Below are positions 18,811-27,877 of a stretch of DNA of 64,000 nt, in pieces (position 1 is the stretch's first letter; each line of letters starts with the position of its first letter). The DNA is from a virus. The notes under the pieces were generated by a model. It searched no databases. It worked only from the letters and a program-made list of their open reading frames with translations, and was not told where the DNA came from. Position numbers and translations under genes: made by a program. The stretch covers positions 1-64,000 of the IMG/VR virus record IMGVR_UViG_3300028394_000041; one strand, given 5' to 3'.

Positions 18811-19473
18811 TTATTTAATTTTTGTCAACTTTATTACATTTTCTTTACTAATAGTAACATAAGAGCAAACCTTTTCGCAAAAGCTACCAGTATTAACATA
18901 TTCTTCTGTATGTTCTGGAAGATGAGTATGTCCACATATTATGGTGTCATAGTTATTAGTTTCAATATATTTAAGAGCATTTCTTTTAATATTAGAGCTT
19001 TTTTCAACAAAATCATTCGTTCTCGCCTTAAAGAATCTAAAAAAATCATCTGCGAATGGAGTGTATTTTCTAAAAAAATAATAGCATCCAATAATAAAAT
19101 TAGAAATATGTTTATACCTTGTGAAGTATATGTCGAAAACATCTCCGTGAATTACTAATATTTTTTTATCTTTTAATTGTATTATATGTTCGTCTGCACA
19201 ATGAAACCCTAATAGAATACTCATAAAATCTGCTTTTAAAAAACAATGATTGCCTATTAGATAAATTATGTTACTCTTTTTAGATAGCTTTCTTAACTTA
19301 GATAAAACTTTCCAATGATCTTTTTTAAGTCTATGCAAATTGTGGTGGTCAAATAAATCGCCAGCTATGATTATGTTTTTAGCTTTATTTTCTTTTAATA
19401 CTTTTAATAGTATATCTGGTTTGCAATCTTTATCCCCAAGGTGAACATCTGATATGATTAAATATTTATTCAT
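18811..19473 (-). CDS. calcineurin-like metallophosphoesterase, UDP-2,3-diacylglucosamine diphosphatase (LpxH2)-like
   Basis: ISDVHLG, GDLFD, GNH, HGD, CGHTH, NTGS motifs. Confidence 0.8.
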   Translation of the reverse strand: MNKYLIISDVHLGDKDCKPDILLKVLKENKAKNIIIAGDLFDHHNLHRLKKDHWKVLSKLRKLSKKSNIIYLIGNHCFLKADFMSILLGFHCADEHIIQLKDKKILVIHGDVFDIYFTRYKHISNFIIGCYYFFRKYTPFADDFFRFFKARTNDFVEKSSNIKRNALKYIETNNYDTIICGHTHLPEHTEEYVNTGSFCEKVCSYVTISKENVIKLTKIK

Positions 19474-19551
19474 TACCAATGATGTATTGCATTTACGATA
19501 AGCACAATATTAGCTATCACACCTAATATAACGATAAACATTTCGTATAAC

Positions 19552-20376
19552 TTATGTGTCATATCTTCCTATGCAGTAAAATGGGTCATCTTCTACTTTG
19601 ACTGATATTTTATTTTTTAATTTTCTTTGAGAAATCATATTTGATCTTTGTAATCTCTCTTTTTTTATTTCTTTTTGTTTTAATTTATAATCTTCTGTTT
19701 TTTCTAATGCCTCTTGACTCATTTGTTCTAAAAATAATTGTTGTTCATCTATAATATCTAAAGCGTTTTCTGGAAAATTATCTAAAGAACCATATCTTCT
19801 AATAAACTCTTCCTTTAAAAACTTATTCCTAAAATCAACGGCTAATATAGGATAGACAAACCCATTTTCATTTAAGATTTTGCCATCGAATAAAGCCCAA
19901 TAAAAATTATAAGCATAATAAACCCCTCTATATTCTTGTGCGTTTCTTTCTCTGTAAGCCGAAGGAGAATTATCCACTCTCTGTTCTGGGGGTAATCTTT
20001 TCTTATTTACTTTTTTTGTATTCCATCTATTGTGAGTTGAATCTGATGTTGTCAGATTAGAGATTGCGTCTAGATATTCAATATCTTTTCTTCTATGATC
20101 TACTTTTTCTGGTAATTCTCCAGTATGAGCGTAATATATCAATCTATGGACAGAAACATCTACATAGCCTCTTTTGAAAATGTGAGTCAAATTAGGGCAA
20201 TTTACATTTATTCTTCTGTAATTTTTATCTGTTGTTGGTCTGCCAATTTCTTTCGGGATGTTTCTATCCCAAAAATCTTTTTTATATATTTTTCCAGTTT
20301 TAAAATCAATATGAAACATTTTTAATACATCCTCTTGATTAGGAAAAAGTATTTTTATTTTATCTCGACTATTCAT
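19552..20376 (-). CDS. HNH-type endonuclease, divergent AP2-like tail
   Basis: VHRLIY...VDH...ISNL....HN; YRGVY; N-terminus resembles 17554-18150. Confidence 0.65.
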   Translation of the reverse strand: MNSRDKIKILFPNQEDVLKMFHIDFKTGKIYKKDFWDRNIPKEIGRPTTDKNYRRINVNCPNLTHIFKRGYVDVSVHRLIYYAHTGELPEKVDHRRKDIEYLDAISNLTTSDSTHNRWNTKKVNKKRLPPEQRVDNSPSAYRERNAQEYRGVYYAYNFYWALFDGKILNENGFVYPILAVDFRNKFLKEEFIRRYGSLDNFPENALDIIDEQQLFLEQMSQEALEKTEDYKLKQKEIKKERLQRSNMISQRKLKNKISVKVEDDPFYCIGRYDT

Positions 20377-21272
20377 AATTTAGCAAAAGATTGTTCTTTC
20401 ATTTTTAATTCAAAATCAACATCTATATTATCATATCCATAAGTATTTGGCAAGGACTTTGCGTAGTCTGCGTGTTTTCGTGGATTCTTATGACCATCTA
20501 TACTCTCAGAGTAATGAAATAGTGGAGTATGATTACCCCAAGTAATTCGTGCAAGATGAAATGCTTGTTCTTCTGATAGATTATCTGGATGGCATTTGTG
20601 GTGAAGATAATCAAAAGTAATAGGAATATTAGAAATTGAATGAAAGTGTCTCATTAGCTTCTTAACTGACCAGCAAGTATCTTTATCATCATTTTCTATA
20701 ACCAATCTAGACCTTACATCATCAGTTAGCTTATTAAAATTACTCATAAACTTTTTGACTATATCATTTAAATTGCCCTTAGAATTATGTATGTGTATAT
20801 TCATAGGAGAATCATAATTAAGAGGACAACCAATCTGAGTCATAAACCAACCATAGTGATTTAATTCTTTGATTGTTTTAGTTATTGCATTTTCGTTGTC
20901 ACTAGCAAGAACATTATATTCAGAGGGATGACAAGATACTCTAACATTTTTAGATTGAATAAGGTTTTTGATACTATCAAATGATACTAATATTTTATTG
21001 TAATCTGGAAGGTCTTGGAGGTTAACATTTGCTTTGTCATAAGTAATCAGAGGAAATAGATCAGAAGAAATTCTATAAGTATGATTATGGTCGGCACAAT
21101 ACTTTATGTATTGATATGTAGTAGTCATATTATTTAATATTCTAGAAGATAAAGTAGAAAGAGCTTCTTTTCTATCCATAGCAGAGAAACGAGCATAAGT
21201 CATAGTATTGAACTTGATAGGATTATCTTGTTCAGCTAAACTTGAAACGATGCAACATACTCCTTTTCTCAT
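20373..21272 (-). CDS. uvsE: UV-damage endonuclease
   Basis: YRISSDLFP, RVSCHP, NIH, LVIENDDK, FDYLHH, HYSE, RKHADY, ELKMKE. Confidence 0.92.
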   Translation of the reverse strand: MRKGVCCIVSSLAEQDNPIKFNTMTYARFSAMDRKEALSTLSSRILNNMTTTYQYIKYCADHNHTYRISSDLFPLITYDKANVNLQDLPDYNKILVSFDSIKNLIQSKNVRVSCHPSEYNVLASDNENAITKTIKELNHYGWFMTQIGCPLNYDSPMNIHIHNSKGNLNDIVKKFMSNFNKLTDDVRSRLVIENDDKDTCWSVKKLMRHFHSISNIPITFDYLHHKCHPDNLSEEQAFHLARITWGNHTPLFHYSESIDGHKNPRKHADYAKSLPNTYGYDNIDVDFELKMKEQSFAKL

Positions 21273-21318
21273 TCTATAAGAATACTACTCTTTGCTAACT
21301 CTGTCAAGAATCTATATA

Positions 21319-21495
21319 TTATTCGTAAATATATATCACCGAACCATCTTTGTTTTTTAATTCCTTTTTAATCAACGCTTTATCTTTTTTAATTTTCCAA
21401 TTTATACTATCATAGTTATTTTTAAAACTATCAGAGAAACAATTTCTTGGGTTGTCTCCTTTTCCAGCTTCTTTATTTGGCATTTTTTCATTCAT
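21319..21495 (-). CDS. small phage protein, 58 aa (not in ORF track)
   Basis: AGKGDNPRNCFSDSFKNNYDSINW motif. Confidence 0.6.
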   Translation of the reverse strand: MNEKMPNKEAGKGDNPRNCFSDSFKNNYDSINWKIKKDKALIKKELKNKDGSVIYIYE

Positions 21496-21496
21496 A

Positions 21497-21587
21497 TATT
21501 TGGCTTTTTATCGTTAGCAAATACATCTTTATTTGGCAAGATTTGGCTAGTAAATTCACTTATTTGCAAATATCCTGTTAGCAAATA
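21497..21587. repeat. three tandem 27-bp imperfect palindromic units TATTTGGC-N8-GTTAGCAAATA
   Basis: units start at 21497, 21530 and 21561; fourth copy at 24088-24114. Confidence 0.7.
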
Positions 21588-21604
21588 CGAATTTTTTAAA
21601 ACCT

Positions 21605-22222
21605 TCATTTTAACCAAACGGAAGTAGGATTATAAGCGTTTGTATCTAAATAATCCCAAACTTTCCAATTCTTTTCGCCTTTTGAATAAGTTATTATATT
21701 AAACAAAAATGCAGATAAATCTTCGATATGCCAAACATCATCTAATAATTTCTTTCCTAAAAATCTAGATTGATGAGCTATATGATCAGAATAGCTATAA
21801 GCAAAGGCTGAGAATGGTGGCAACACGCAACCCATAGAGCACAGAACCCCTTGCATCCTCGATGCTACTTCTTTGCCTCCAACAGAATGCATTGTGACAA
21901 TAACTCCTGCTGGTTTTCCAAGAAGATGCTGTTTGCCCTCTATCTCTGTCATTTTTTCAAAAAGTTGTTGCATTGGGCTTCCCCAACTATCCCAATAAGT
22001 TCCAGTACAAAAAATTAAAGCATTACTATCTTTTATAATATTTCTAACTTTTGGCCAATCAAAATTAGAATGAAGATGAAGTATTTTTATTTTTATATTT
22101 GAATCTATTTTAGAGATTTTTCTTTTAATCTTCTTTATAAGTGATGCTGTATTCCCATTCTTACCGCCAATAGAACCATTAATGATTGTTAAATTTATAT
22201 TGATTAGTTCTTGCGGTTTCAT
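21605..22222 (-). CDS. NAD(P)H-dependent FMN reductase / flavodoxin family protein
   Basis: IINGS....GNT, TGTYWDS, GKPAGVI, GG motifs. Confidence 0.8.
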   Translation of the reverse strand: MKPQELININLTIINGSIGGKNGNTASLIKKIKRKISKIDSNIKIKILHLHSNFDWPKVRNIIKDSNALIFCTGTYWDSWGSPMQQLFEKMTEIEGKQHLLGKPAGVIVTMHSVGGKEVASRMQGVLCSMGCVLPPFSAFAYSYSDHIAHQSRFLGKKLLDDVWHIEDLSAFLFNIITYSKGEKNWKVWDYLDTNAYNPTSVWLK

Positions 22223-22490
22223 TTATATGACTTTTTATTAAATTATATAATCTGACCTCTTCTTTGTTAGCTTCTCTTTCAACTTTATCTAGATTATTGA
22301 ACTTATATTCCTTAAGTTGGTGATGTTTGAAATGATATATAGCTTTATTTGGGTAAGAGTCATTCGCAAATCTGATATATCTAAATGGTAACGCTTCTCC
22401 TTTGATCTTATAAAGGGTGCCTAGTGTTGGCTGGACTTTCTCTTCTGGGAAAATACCATCAATAAAATCTAATATTTTAACCCAATTCAT
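22179..22490 (-). CDS. hypothetical protein
   Basis: ORF in gene train. Confidence 0.6.
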   Translation of the reverse strand: MNWVKILDFIDGIFPEEKVQPTLGTLYKIKGEALPFRYIRFANDSYPNKAIYHFKHHQLKEYKFNNLDKVEREANKEEVRLYNLIKSHINETARTNQYKFNNH

Positions 22491-22687
22491 ATTATTCCAA
22501 ATACCTTAAGCATGATTATGCAAGATAGTATAACGCCGACCAAACCAGTCAAGGTCCTAATCATTTCCATTTTATGATTGTGATGATCTACCCATAGCTC
22601 GAAAGTGTCTCTTAATTTTCCTTTAGCTAGAAGTTTCTTCTTTTGTTTTTTAGTTAAAATCATTTTTGACATATTTCTAATATGCAC
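22487..22687 (-). CDS. small membrane protein
   Basis: C-terminal hydrophobic helix. Confidence 0.55.
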   Translation of the reverse strand: MHIRNMSKMILTKKQKKKLLAKGKLRDTFELWVDHHNHKMEMIRTLTGLVGVILSCIIMLKVFGII

Positions 22688-22709
22688 TAAAAAAACTTAT
22701 TTAAAGGTT

Positions 22710-23006
22710 TTATTTTTTGAAATCGCCAAGATCACGATCAAAGCTAAACTTTCCAACGCTCTCAACTAGACCTTCATATGTCTCTTCTGTGCATCCTGCC
22801 ATTTCAGTAAATGGTGCAACGATAACGAAAATACCAAAAGCGCCAATAGTTGCTGCGGTTGAAACAGGACGTACAAGAGCAATGTCTCCTGCGGCTAAAA
22901 AGCCATCTGCTACTGGAGTAGATTGACTAGCTGTGCCAGAATCAGCCAAAGTTAATGAAGTAGAGGTTAAAATGAGACTTAATAGTATGTTTTTGATATT
23001 TTTCAT
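22710..23006 (-). CDS. exported/membrane protein
   Basis: signal peptide; GDIALVRP...APF...FSFDRDLGDF pattern. Confidence 0.65.
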   Translation of the reverse strand: MKNIKNILLSLILTSTSLTLADSGTASQSTPVADGFLAAGDIALVRPVSTAATIGAFGIFVIVAPFTEMAGCTEETYEGLVESVGKFSFDRDLGDFKK

Positions 23007-23013
23007 ATCCTAT

Positions 23014-23056
23014 ATTATATATATATATTTGAAAAAAGTCAAATATAAAATATAAT
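23014..23056. promoter_or_regulatory. overlapping divergent sigma70-type promoters at the strand switch
   Basis: minus TTGACT-17-TATAAT; plus TTGAAA-16-TATAAT; (TA)n run. Confidence 0.7.
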
Positions 23057-23061
23057 ATATA

Positions 23062-24066
23062 ATGTTCGAAGGCTTGTTTGAAATAGATGAAAGGTGGTCT
23101 TTAAGACTTGGGCCAAGGTGCTTTGACTTAGAGAATTGCGAGAAAAATATATTTTGCGTTAAAGAAATAGTTAGTATTGCAGATAAAAATAAATTAAAAT
23201 ATGTTTTTACTGGTAGCTTAAGTTTAATTTTAAATTATGGTAAAACATACAGAAATCCAGAAGATATAGATTTATTGGTAGAGAAAAAAGATATTTTCAA
23301 ATGGACAGATTTATTAATGTCTAACAACGAATGGTGTTTATCAAAAGAAAGGCAATCAATTGTAGATTTATCTTTTGAGGAGACGATAGACCTTTCTATT
23401 AAAAATCAAGAAAAATTTGCAGCTTTAAATACAAAAAAATGCTCTACTGAGTCTAGCTCTGCTACCATATACTCTTATGAAAATAATTTATTCAAAATAA
23501 AAGAACACGATATGCCGACTAGTAATTGGCATATTTATAAAAATCCACATATATTAATTCATAACCCAAATGAACCTGACCAATTTTCGATAAACAAAAA
23601 TTTTTTTCAAGTTAATTTAAAGTCTCCATCGTTCGAAAATCCTTCTAGTCATTGTGGATTTATTTACTATACAAATGACTCTACTGATCCCGTTGGCAAA
23701 GAAGGAATTCCCGAAGGGAGCACTAAAGTAATAAAATTAAATTTTAAAAACAATAAAGATAAAAACTGTTATTGGTCTACTGACGAAATAGATAAAATTT
23801 TATTAAATAATTTAAAATATAAAATATCTATATTTGAACAAGGCGTAATATATCTCGAACATAAATCTACTGGTGTCCGATTAGACTTGATTGTAGATTA
23901 CCCAGAAAGAATGGCAGAAGATAACTATACATATAAAGATTTTGGAAATACGAAAATTTTTTATGATAAAGCGGAATTTTTATGGGCAAGAAAAAAAGAT
24001 TATAACAGAACCAAAGATATAAATGATATTAAATATTTTAAAAAAATATTAGCTAATAGCCAATAA
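23062..24066 (+). CDS. Pol beta-superfamily nucleotidyltransferase-like protein with large insertion
   Basis: FTGSLS...RNPEDIDLLV; later RLDLI and C-terminal RTKDINDI. Confidence 0.6.
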   Translation: MFEGLFEIDERWSLRLGPRCFDLENCEKNIFCVKEIVSIADKNKLKYVFTGSLSLILNYGKTYRNPEDIDLLVEKKDIFKWTDLLMSNNEWCLSKERQSIVDLSFEETIDLSIKNQEKFAALNTKKCSTESSSATIYSYENNLFKIKEHDMPTSNWHIYKNPHILIHNPNEPDQFSINKNFFQVNLKSPSFENPSSHCGFIYYTNDSTDPVGKEGIPEGSTKVIKLNFKNNKDKNCYWSTDEIDKILLNNLKYKISIFEQGVIYLEHKSTGVRLDLIVDYPERMAEDNYTYKDFGNTKIFYDKAEFLWARKKDYNRTKDINDIKYFKKILANSQ

Positions 24067-24117
24067 GCATCGGTGGTTTTTCAAATATATTTGGCATTTT
24101 CTTGTTAGCAAATAAGA

Positions 24118-24123
24118 GTGTAA
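24118..24123 (+). promoter_or_regulatory. GTGTAA putative phage late-promoter motif
   Basis: 11 nt before ATG 24135; recurs before several other genes. Confidence 0.6.
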
Positions 24124-24134
24124 ATTAAAGATAT

Positions 24135-25199
24135 ATGGCTTTAACTTATTCTTATATTTCTGCAACTGATTCATATTCTGTAGTAAGTAATAGTTGCACC
24201 GCTGGAGCTGTAGTAATACCAAGCACTTATGATAATGGAGTTAATGGAATTAAGCCAGTAAAGAGTATTGGGTATAATGCGTTCTATAATTGCGCTAGTC
24301 TAACTAGCATCACGATCCCCAGCAGCGTAACTAGTATTGGAGAGTTTGCGTTTTATAGTTGCAGTTCTTTAACTTCCATCACTATTCCTAGTAGCGTAAC
24401 GAGTATTGAAAGTCATGCGTTCAGCGCTTGCTCTGGTCTGACTGGTACTTTAACTATCCCTAACACCGTGACTAGCATCGGGGAAAGCGCATTCAGCAAT
24501 TGTAATAAAATCACTAGTGTCACTATTTCTAATGGTATAAATCTTATTCCTGATAGTATGTTTAATGGTTGCACTTCATTAGCTTCGGTAACTATTCCTA
24601 GTAATGTGATAAGTATTGGGGCTAGTGCATTTCAGAGTTGCACTTCGTTAGCTTCGGTAACTATTTCTAATAGCGTTACAAATATTGGTGCCCTTGCGTT
24701 TTATCTTTGCCCAGCCTTAACTTCAATCACTATTCCTAGTAGCGTGACAAATATTGGAGGTGGTGCATTATATGGTTGCACTAGTTTAGATAGTTTCATT
24801 GTTTCAAATAGTGTTAGTTCAATTTCTGATAGTATGTTTCGAAATTGTACTTCATTAAAATCAGTAACTATTCCTTCTAGCATTGTTAGTATTGGTTCTA
24901 GCGCATTTCGAAGTTGCACTTCATTGACTAAGATCACTATTCCTCGTAGTGTTGTTAGTATTGGGGCTAGTGCATTTCAGAGTTGCACTTCATTAATTGA
25001 AATTAATATTTTAGGAAACGCCAATACTTTAGGAGCAAATGTTTTTACGAGTACTAATGTCGGTTTAGTAATTTATCGCATAAAAAACTTTGTTACTGGA
25101 TGGACTTCAACTTTTGGAGGAAAGCCAGTAGTTTTTTTGAGCGATAATATAGTAAAAAGTGGTGGAACTGGAAAATTAACTACTAAAAAAAGAAACTGA
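24135..25199 (+). CDS. BspA-family leucine-rich repeat (LRR_5) protein
   Basis: tandem 23-aa repeats IPSSVTSIGxxAFxxCxSLTSIT. Confidence 0.92.
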   Translation: MALTYSYISATDSYSVVSNSCTAGAVVIPSTYDNGVNGIKPVKSIGYNAFYNCASLTSITIPSSVTSIGEFAFYSCSSLTSITIPSSVTSIESHAFSACSGLTGTLTIPNTVTSIGESAFSNCNKITSVTISNGINLIPDSMFNGCTSLASVTIPSNVISIGASAFQSCTSLASVTISNSVTNIGALAFYLCPALTSITIPSSVTNIGGGALYGCTSLDSFIVSNSVSSISDSMFRNCTSLKSVTIPSSIVSIGSSAFRSCTSLTKITIPRSVVSIGASAFQSCTSLIEINILGNANTLGANVFTSTNVGLVIYRIKNFVTGWTSTFGGKPVVFLSDNIVKSGGTGKLTTKKRN

Positions 25200-25200
25200 T

Positions 25201-25287
25201 CGGAACGAGTAGGATTCGAACCCACGGATGGAGTTAACCATCGGAAGTTTAGTAAACTTCTGCTTTAGACCACTCAGCCATCGTTCC
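25201..25287 (-). tRNA. tRNA-Ser with anticodon ACT
   Basis: GGAACGA/TCGTTCC acceptor, G73, long variable arm, anticodon arm GAAGT-TTACTAA-ACTTC, GGTTCGAATCC T-arm; no encoded CCA. Confidence 0.9.
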
Positions 25288-25292
25288 AAAAT

Positions 25293-25364
25293 CTCCCAAA
25301 CTAGGATTTGAACCTAGAACAGCCTCGTTAACAGCGAGGTGCTCTACCGTTGAGCTATTTGGGA
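25293..25364 (-). tRNA. tRNA-Asn (GTT)
   Basis: TCCCAAA/TTTGGGA acceptor, G73, anticodon arm CCTCG-CTGTTAA-CGAGG; no encoded CCA. Confidence 0.93.
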
Positions 25365-25413
25365 AAAACCTAGTAATTTTTTCATTAAATTATTGATTTA
25401 GTAATTTACACCA

Positions 25414-26406
25414 CTAAATAAATGATTTATTTCCAGAAAATGTAATTTCAATATGATCATTAATTGCATGATTTATTTGAGATTTTATAAAAGATTGCAT
25501 AGCTTGCAATGTATTAAATTTGTATAAACTATTATTTTGATATACTTTATATGTGTTTATTTGTTCTAGAATATCACATTTATTAATTATAAGTTTATTT
25601 ACGCCAGAAATTCTAATCGCATCAATTAATTTAGTTAGATTTAACCAATTGGCTATCCTTTTCCTTCCAGTAGTTGATCCAAACTCTTTGCCAGTTTCTA
25701 TAACCATAGATAGTTCTTCGTCGTTCCATAAGCTTTCTGGGAACAAAGGGTCTACTCCACTTTTAGTGTCATAGATTTTTGCCACACCAATTATATCTCT
25801 TATCTTTTTAGGAGAAAAACCTAAAGAGCAAGCTGAATATGGAAGAGTTTCACTACTTGTAACATATGGATAATCTCCATAATTTATATCCAGCCAAAAA
25901 CTTTGTGCTCCTTCGCAGAGTATATTTCCATTTAGCTCTCCATCCCATATGTATTTTTTCTCTAGATAAGAACCTGCAGTTTTACCAACTCTTAACATTT
26001 TGTCTGCATAGGCTGGGGCAATTCCTTGTCCAGTTGTGCCAAGTTTAGGTTTCAAAAATTTAAGATCATACTCAATGTGCTTTTCTGTAATAATATGAGC
26101 TCTGGGGCTTACTTTAATCAATGATGTATCGAATCCTTCTTTTTTAAGATATTCTATTTCGTCAAAAAATTTATCAATATTGATAACACAATTTGGACCA
26201 ATTACGCTAATCTTGTTTTGAAAAACTCCGCAAGGTATAATATGAGTTTTATATTTTTTATCATTAATATAAACTGTATGACCAGCGTTAGGCCCACCAT
26301 TCCAGCGACAGACCACATCATAGTTTTTAGATATAGCATTACTTATTTTTCCTTTTCCTTCGTCTCCCCAAGATAATCCAAAAATAATGTCAACGCTTTT
26401 AATCAT
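25414..26406 (-). CDS. purA: adenylosuccinate synthetase (short form)
   Basis: WGDEGKG, GGPNAGHT, GTTGQGI, EGAQ, YPYVTSS, EFGSTTGRKR, NKCD; start 26406 from leaderless promoter. Confidence 0.9.
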   Translation of the reverse strand: MIKSVDIIFGLSWGDEGKGKISNAISKNYDVVCRWNGGPNAGHTVYINDKKYKTHIIPCGVFQNKISVIGPNCVINIDKFFDEIEYLKKEGFDTSLIKVSPRAHIITEKHIEYDLKFLKPKLGTTGQGIAPAYADKMLRVGKTAGSYLEKKYIWDGELNGNILCEGAQSFWLDINYGDYPYVTSSETLPYSACSLGFSPKKIRDIIGVAKIYDTKSGVDPLFPESLWNDEELSMVIETGKEFGSTTGRKRIANWLNLTKLIDAIRISGVNKLIINKCDILEQINTYKVYQNNSLYKFNTLQAMQSFIKSQINHAINDHIEITFSGNKSFI

Positions 26407-26457
26407 TAAAGCAATTATATAGAAAATATAATTATAATACAAGTGTAAATTATTAAT

Positions 26458-27438
26458 ATGTTTAAATATATATTAGGATTCTCCGCTTTTGTTCTGGCGG
26501 GTTGTGCTGCTTTCTTTTCTATTAAAGGAATTGCCCTTTTATTTGCAGCAAGTTTTTGGAGTGTTGCAGTTATGGCTGGTTCAATGGAGCTCGCAAAACT
26601 AGTATCTGCAAGTTATCTTTATCGCTCTTGGCATAAGATAAATACAATTTTAAAAAAATATATGTTGTCTGCTGTTATTTTGCTAATGTTGATAACAAGT
26701 CTTGGTATATTTGGGTTCTTGTCAGACGCTTTTCAAAGAAATTTTTCTGAATATAGTATTAATTTAAATAAGATTAATAGTCTTAAAAGTCAACAATCTT
26801 TCTATATTTCCCAAATAGATTTTAATAAAAGCAAATTAAAAGATTTAATTGAACTTCAAAAAACTTATCAATCTTCTTTGGATTCAACCGTCAAGCAAGA
26901 AGTGATCACGACTAAGACTACTGGTGGAGGTTTTTTTTCATCAGAAAAAACAGAAAAAGTAACAGACCAAAAATTACTTGACAGTAAAAATAAGACTATC
27001 GCAGGCTCTCAACAGAATATCAATAGTTTGTTTTCTCAAATATCTACCGCCACAACAGACCTACAAAACCTAGAAAAACATGCATCAGAAGTTTCTCAAG
27101 AAATTATTAAATTAGAAAGCGATAATACAAAAGGCGAAATAGGAACATTTAAATTTGTCGCAGAGGCATTTAATTTAAAAATTGAAACCGCTGTGCGTAT
27201 TTTTATTTTATTAATAGTTATAGTGTTCGATCCACTTGCTGTTTGCTTGGTAATAGCTTATAATTCTTTTTCAAAAAGTGAAGATATAGCTATAGTTAAA
27301 AACGATGTAAAGCAAGAGAAGATATTCAAAAGTCCAATGGAAGGACTAAAGGTAATCTACAGAGATTTTGCGAAAGACTTTAAAAGAGGGACTAAAGCTC
27401 CCCACAACCCAGACCTTGCAGACCCTAAAATTTCTTAA
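26458..27438 (+). CDS. multi-pass membrane protein with long coiled coil
   Basis: three N-terminal TM segments, heptad region, VFDPLAV TM; GTGTAA 9 nt upstream. Confidence 0.75.
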   Translation: MFKYILGFSAFVLAGCAAFFSIKGIALLFAASFWSVAVMAGSMELAKLVSASYLYRSWHKINTILKKYMLSAVILLMLITSLGIFGFLSDAFQRNFSEYSINLNKINSLKSQQSFYISQIDFNKSKLKDLIELQKTYQSSLDSTVKQEVITTKTTGGGFFSSEKTEKVTDQKLLDSKNKTIAGSQQNINSLFSQISTATTDLQNLEKHASEVSQEIIKLESDNTKGEIGTFKFVAEAFNLKIETAVRIFILLIVIVFDPLAVCLVIAYNSFSKSEDIAIVKNDVKQEKIFKSPMEGLKVIYRDFAKDFKRGTKAPHNPDLADPKIS

Positions 27439-27610
27439 TTTTATAATAATTGTTATCTGCGTCTATTTTTAGTAGATATTCTTTAGCTTTTTTGAGTCCT
27501 TCCACGGATGGAGGGAAAACGCCATGCAAAAAATTATCGTTTTTATTTATTAAAGCGTAATATTTTATTTTCTTTTTATTCTGTTTTGTCGATTTGGTTC
27601 GTTTTTTCAT
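27425..27610 (-). CDS. hypothetical protein
   Basis: ORF. Confidence 0.55.
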   Translation of the reverse strand: MKKRTKSTKQNKKKIKYYALINKNDNFLHGVFPPSVEGLKKAKEYLLKIDADNNYYKIKKF

Positions 27611-27842
27611 TAATTTCTCTTTCTAGAGCCATTTTGGTTAAATGATCTTTTAGTGAATCTTTTGCTTTTTCGCAAAAATCTTGACCAGACTGCCCACAGC
27701 AGTTTTTAAATTTCTTTCCAGAAACTTGACACACCATGTTCCTTGGAAATTTAGGATAAATCCTAACGATAGGACTAAATTCTGTTGCTCTTGCATAAGC
27801 ATTACTGCCTTCCATTAATTTATCTATGTTTTCTTTGTTCAT
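27576..27842 (-). CDS. SEC-C-like metal-binding motif protein
   Basis: RNMVCQVSGKKFKNCCG; leaderless promoter TTGATT-17-TATAAT. Confidence 0.7.
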   Translation of the reverse strand: MNKENIDKLMEGSNAYARATEFSPIVRIYPKFPRNMVCQVSGKKFKNCCGQSGQDFCEKAKDSLKDHLTKMALEREINEKTNQIDKTE

Positions 27843-27877
27843 TTTGGTATTATAACTCGTTTATTAAGTAAAATCAA

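Noticed and set aside
21497-21587. Mini CRISPR array
   Set aside because: Units are degenerate and separated by only 4-6 nt; there are no spacer-length unique segments and no adjacent cas genes
24135-25199. Diversity-generating retroelement target or CRISPR-like repeat in the LRR gene
   Set aside because: The repeats are in-frame LRR units; there is no reverse transcriptase or adenine-specific template/variable pair in the window
25414-26406. PurZ (2-aminoadenine Z-genome pathway)
   Set aside because: The P-loop has Asp (WGDEGKG), not the Ser of PurZ; the GSTTGR loop is PurA-type; no DatZ or MazZ neighbours are recognisable
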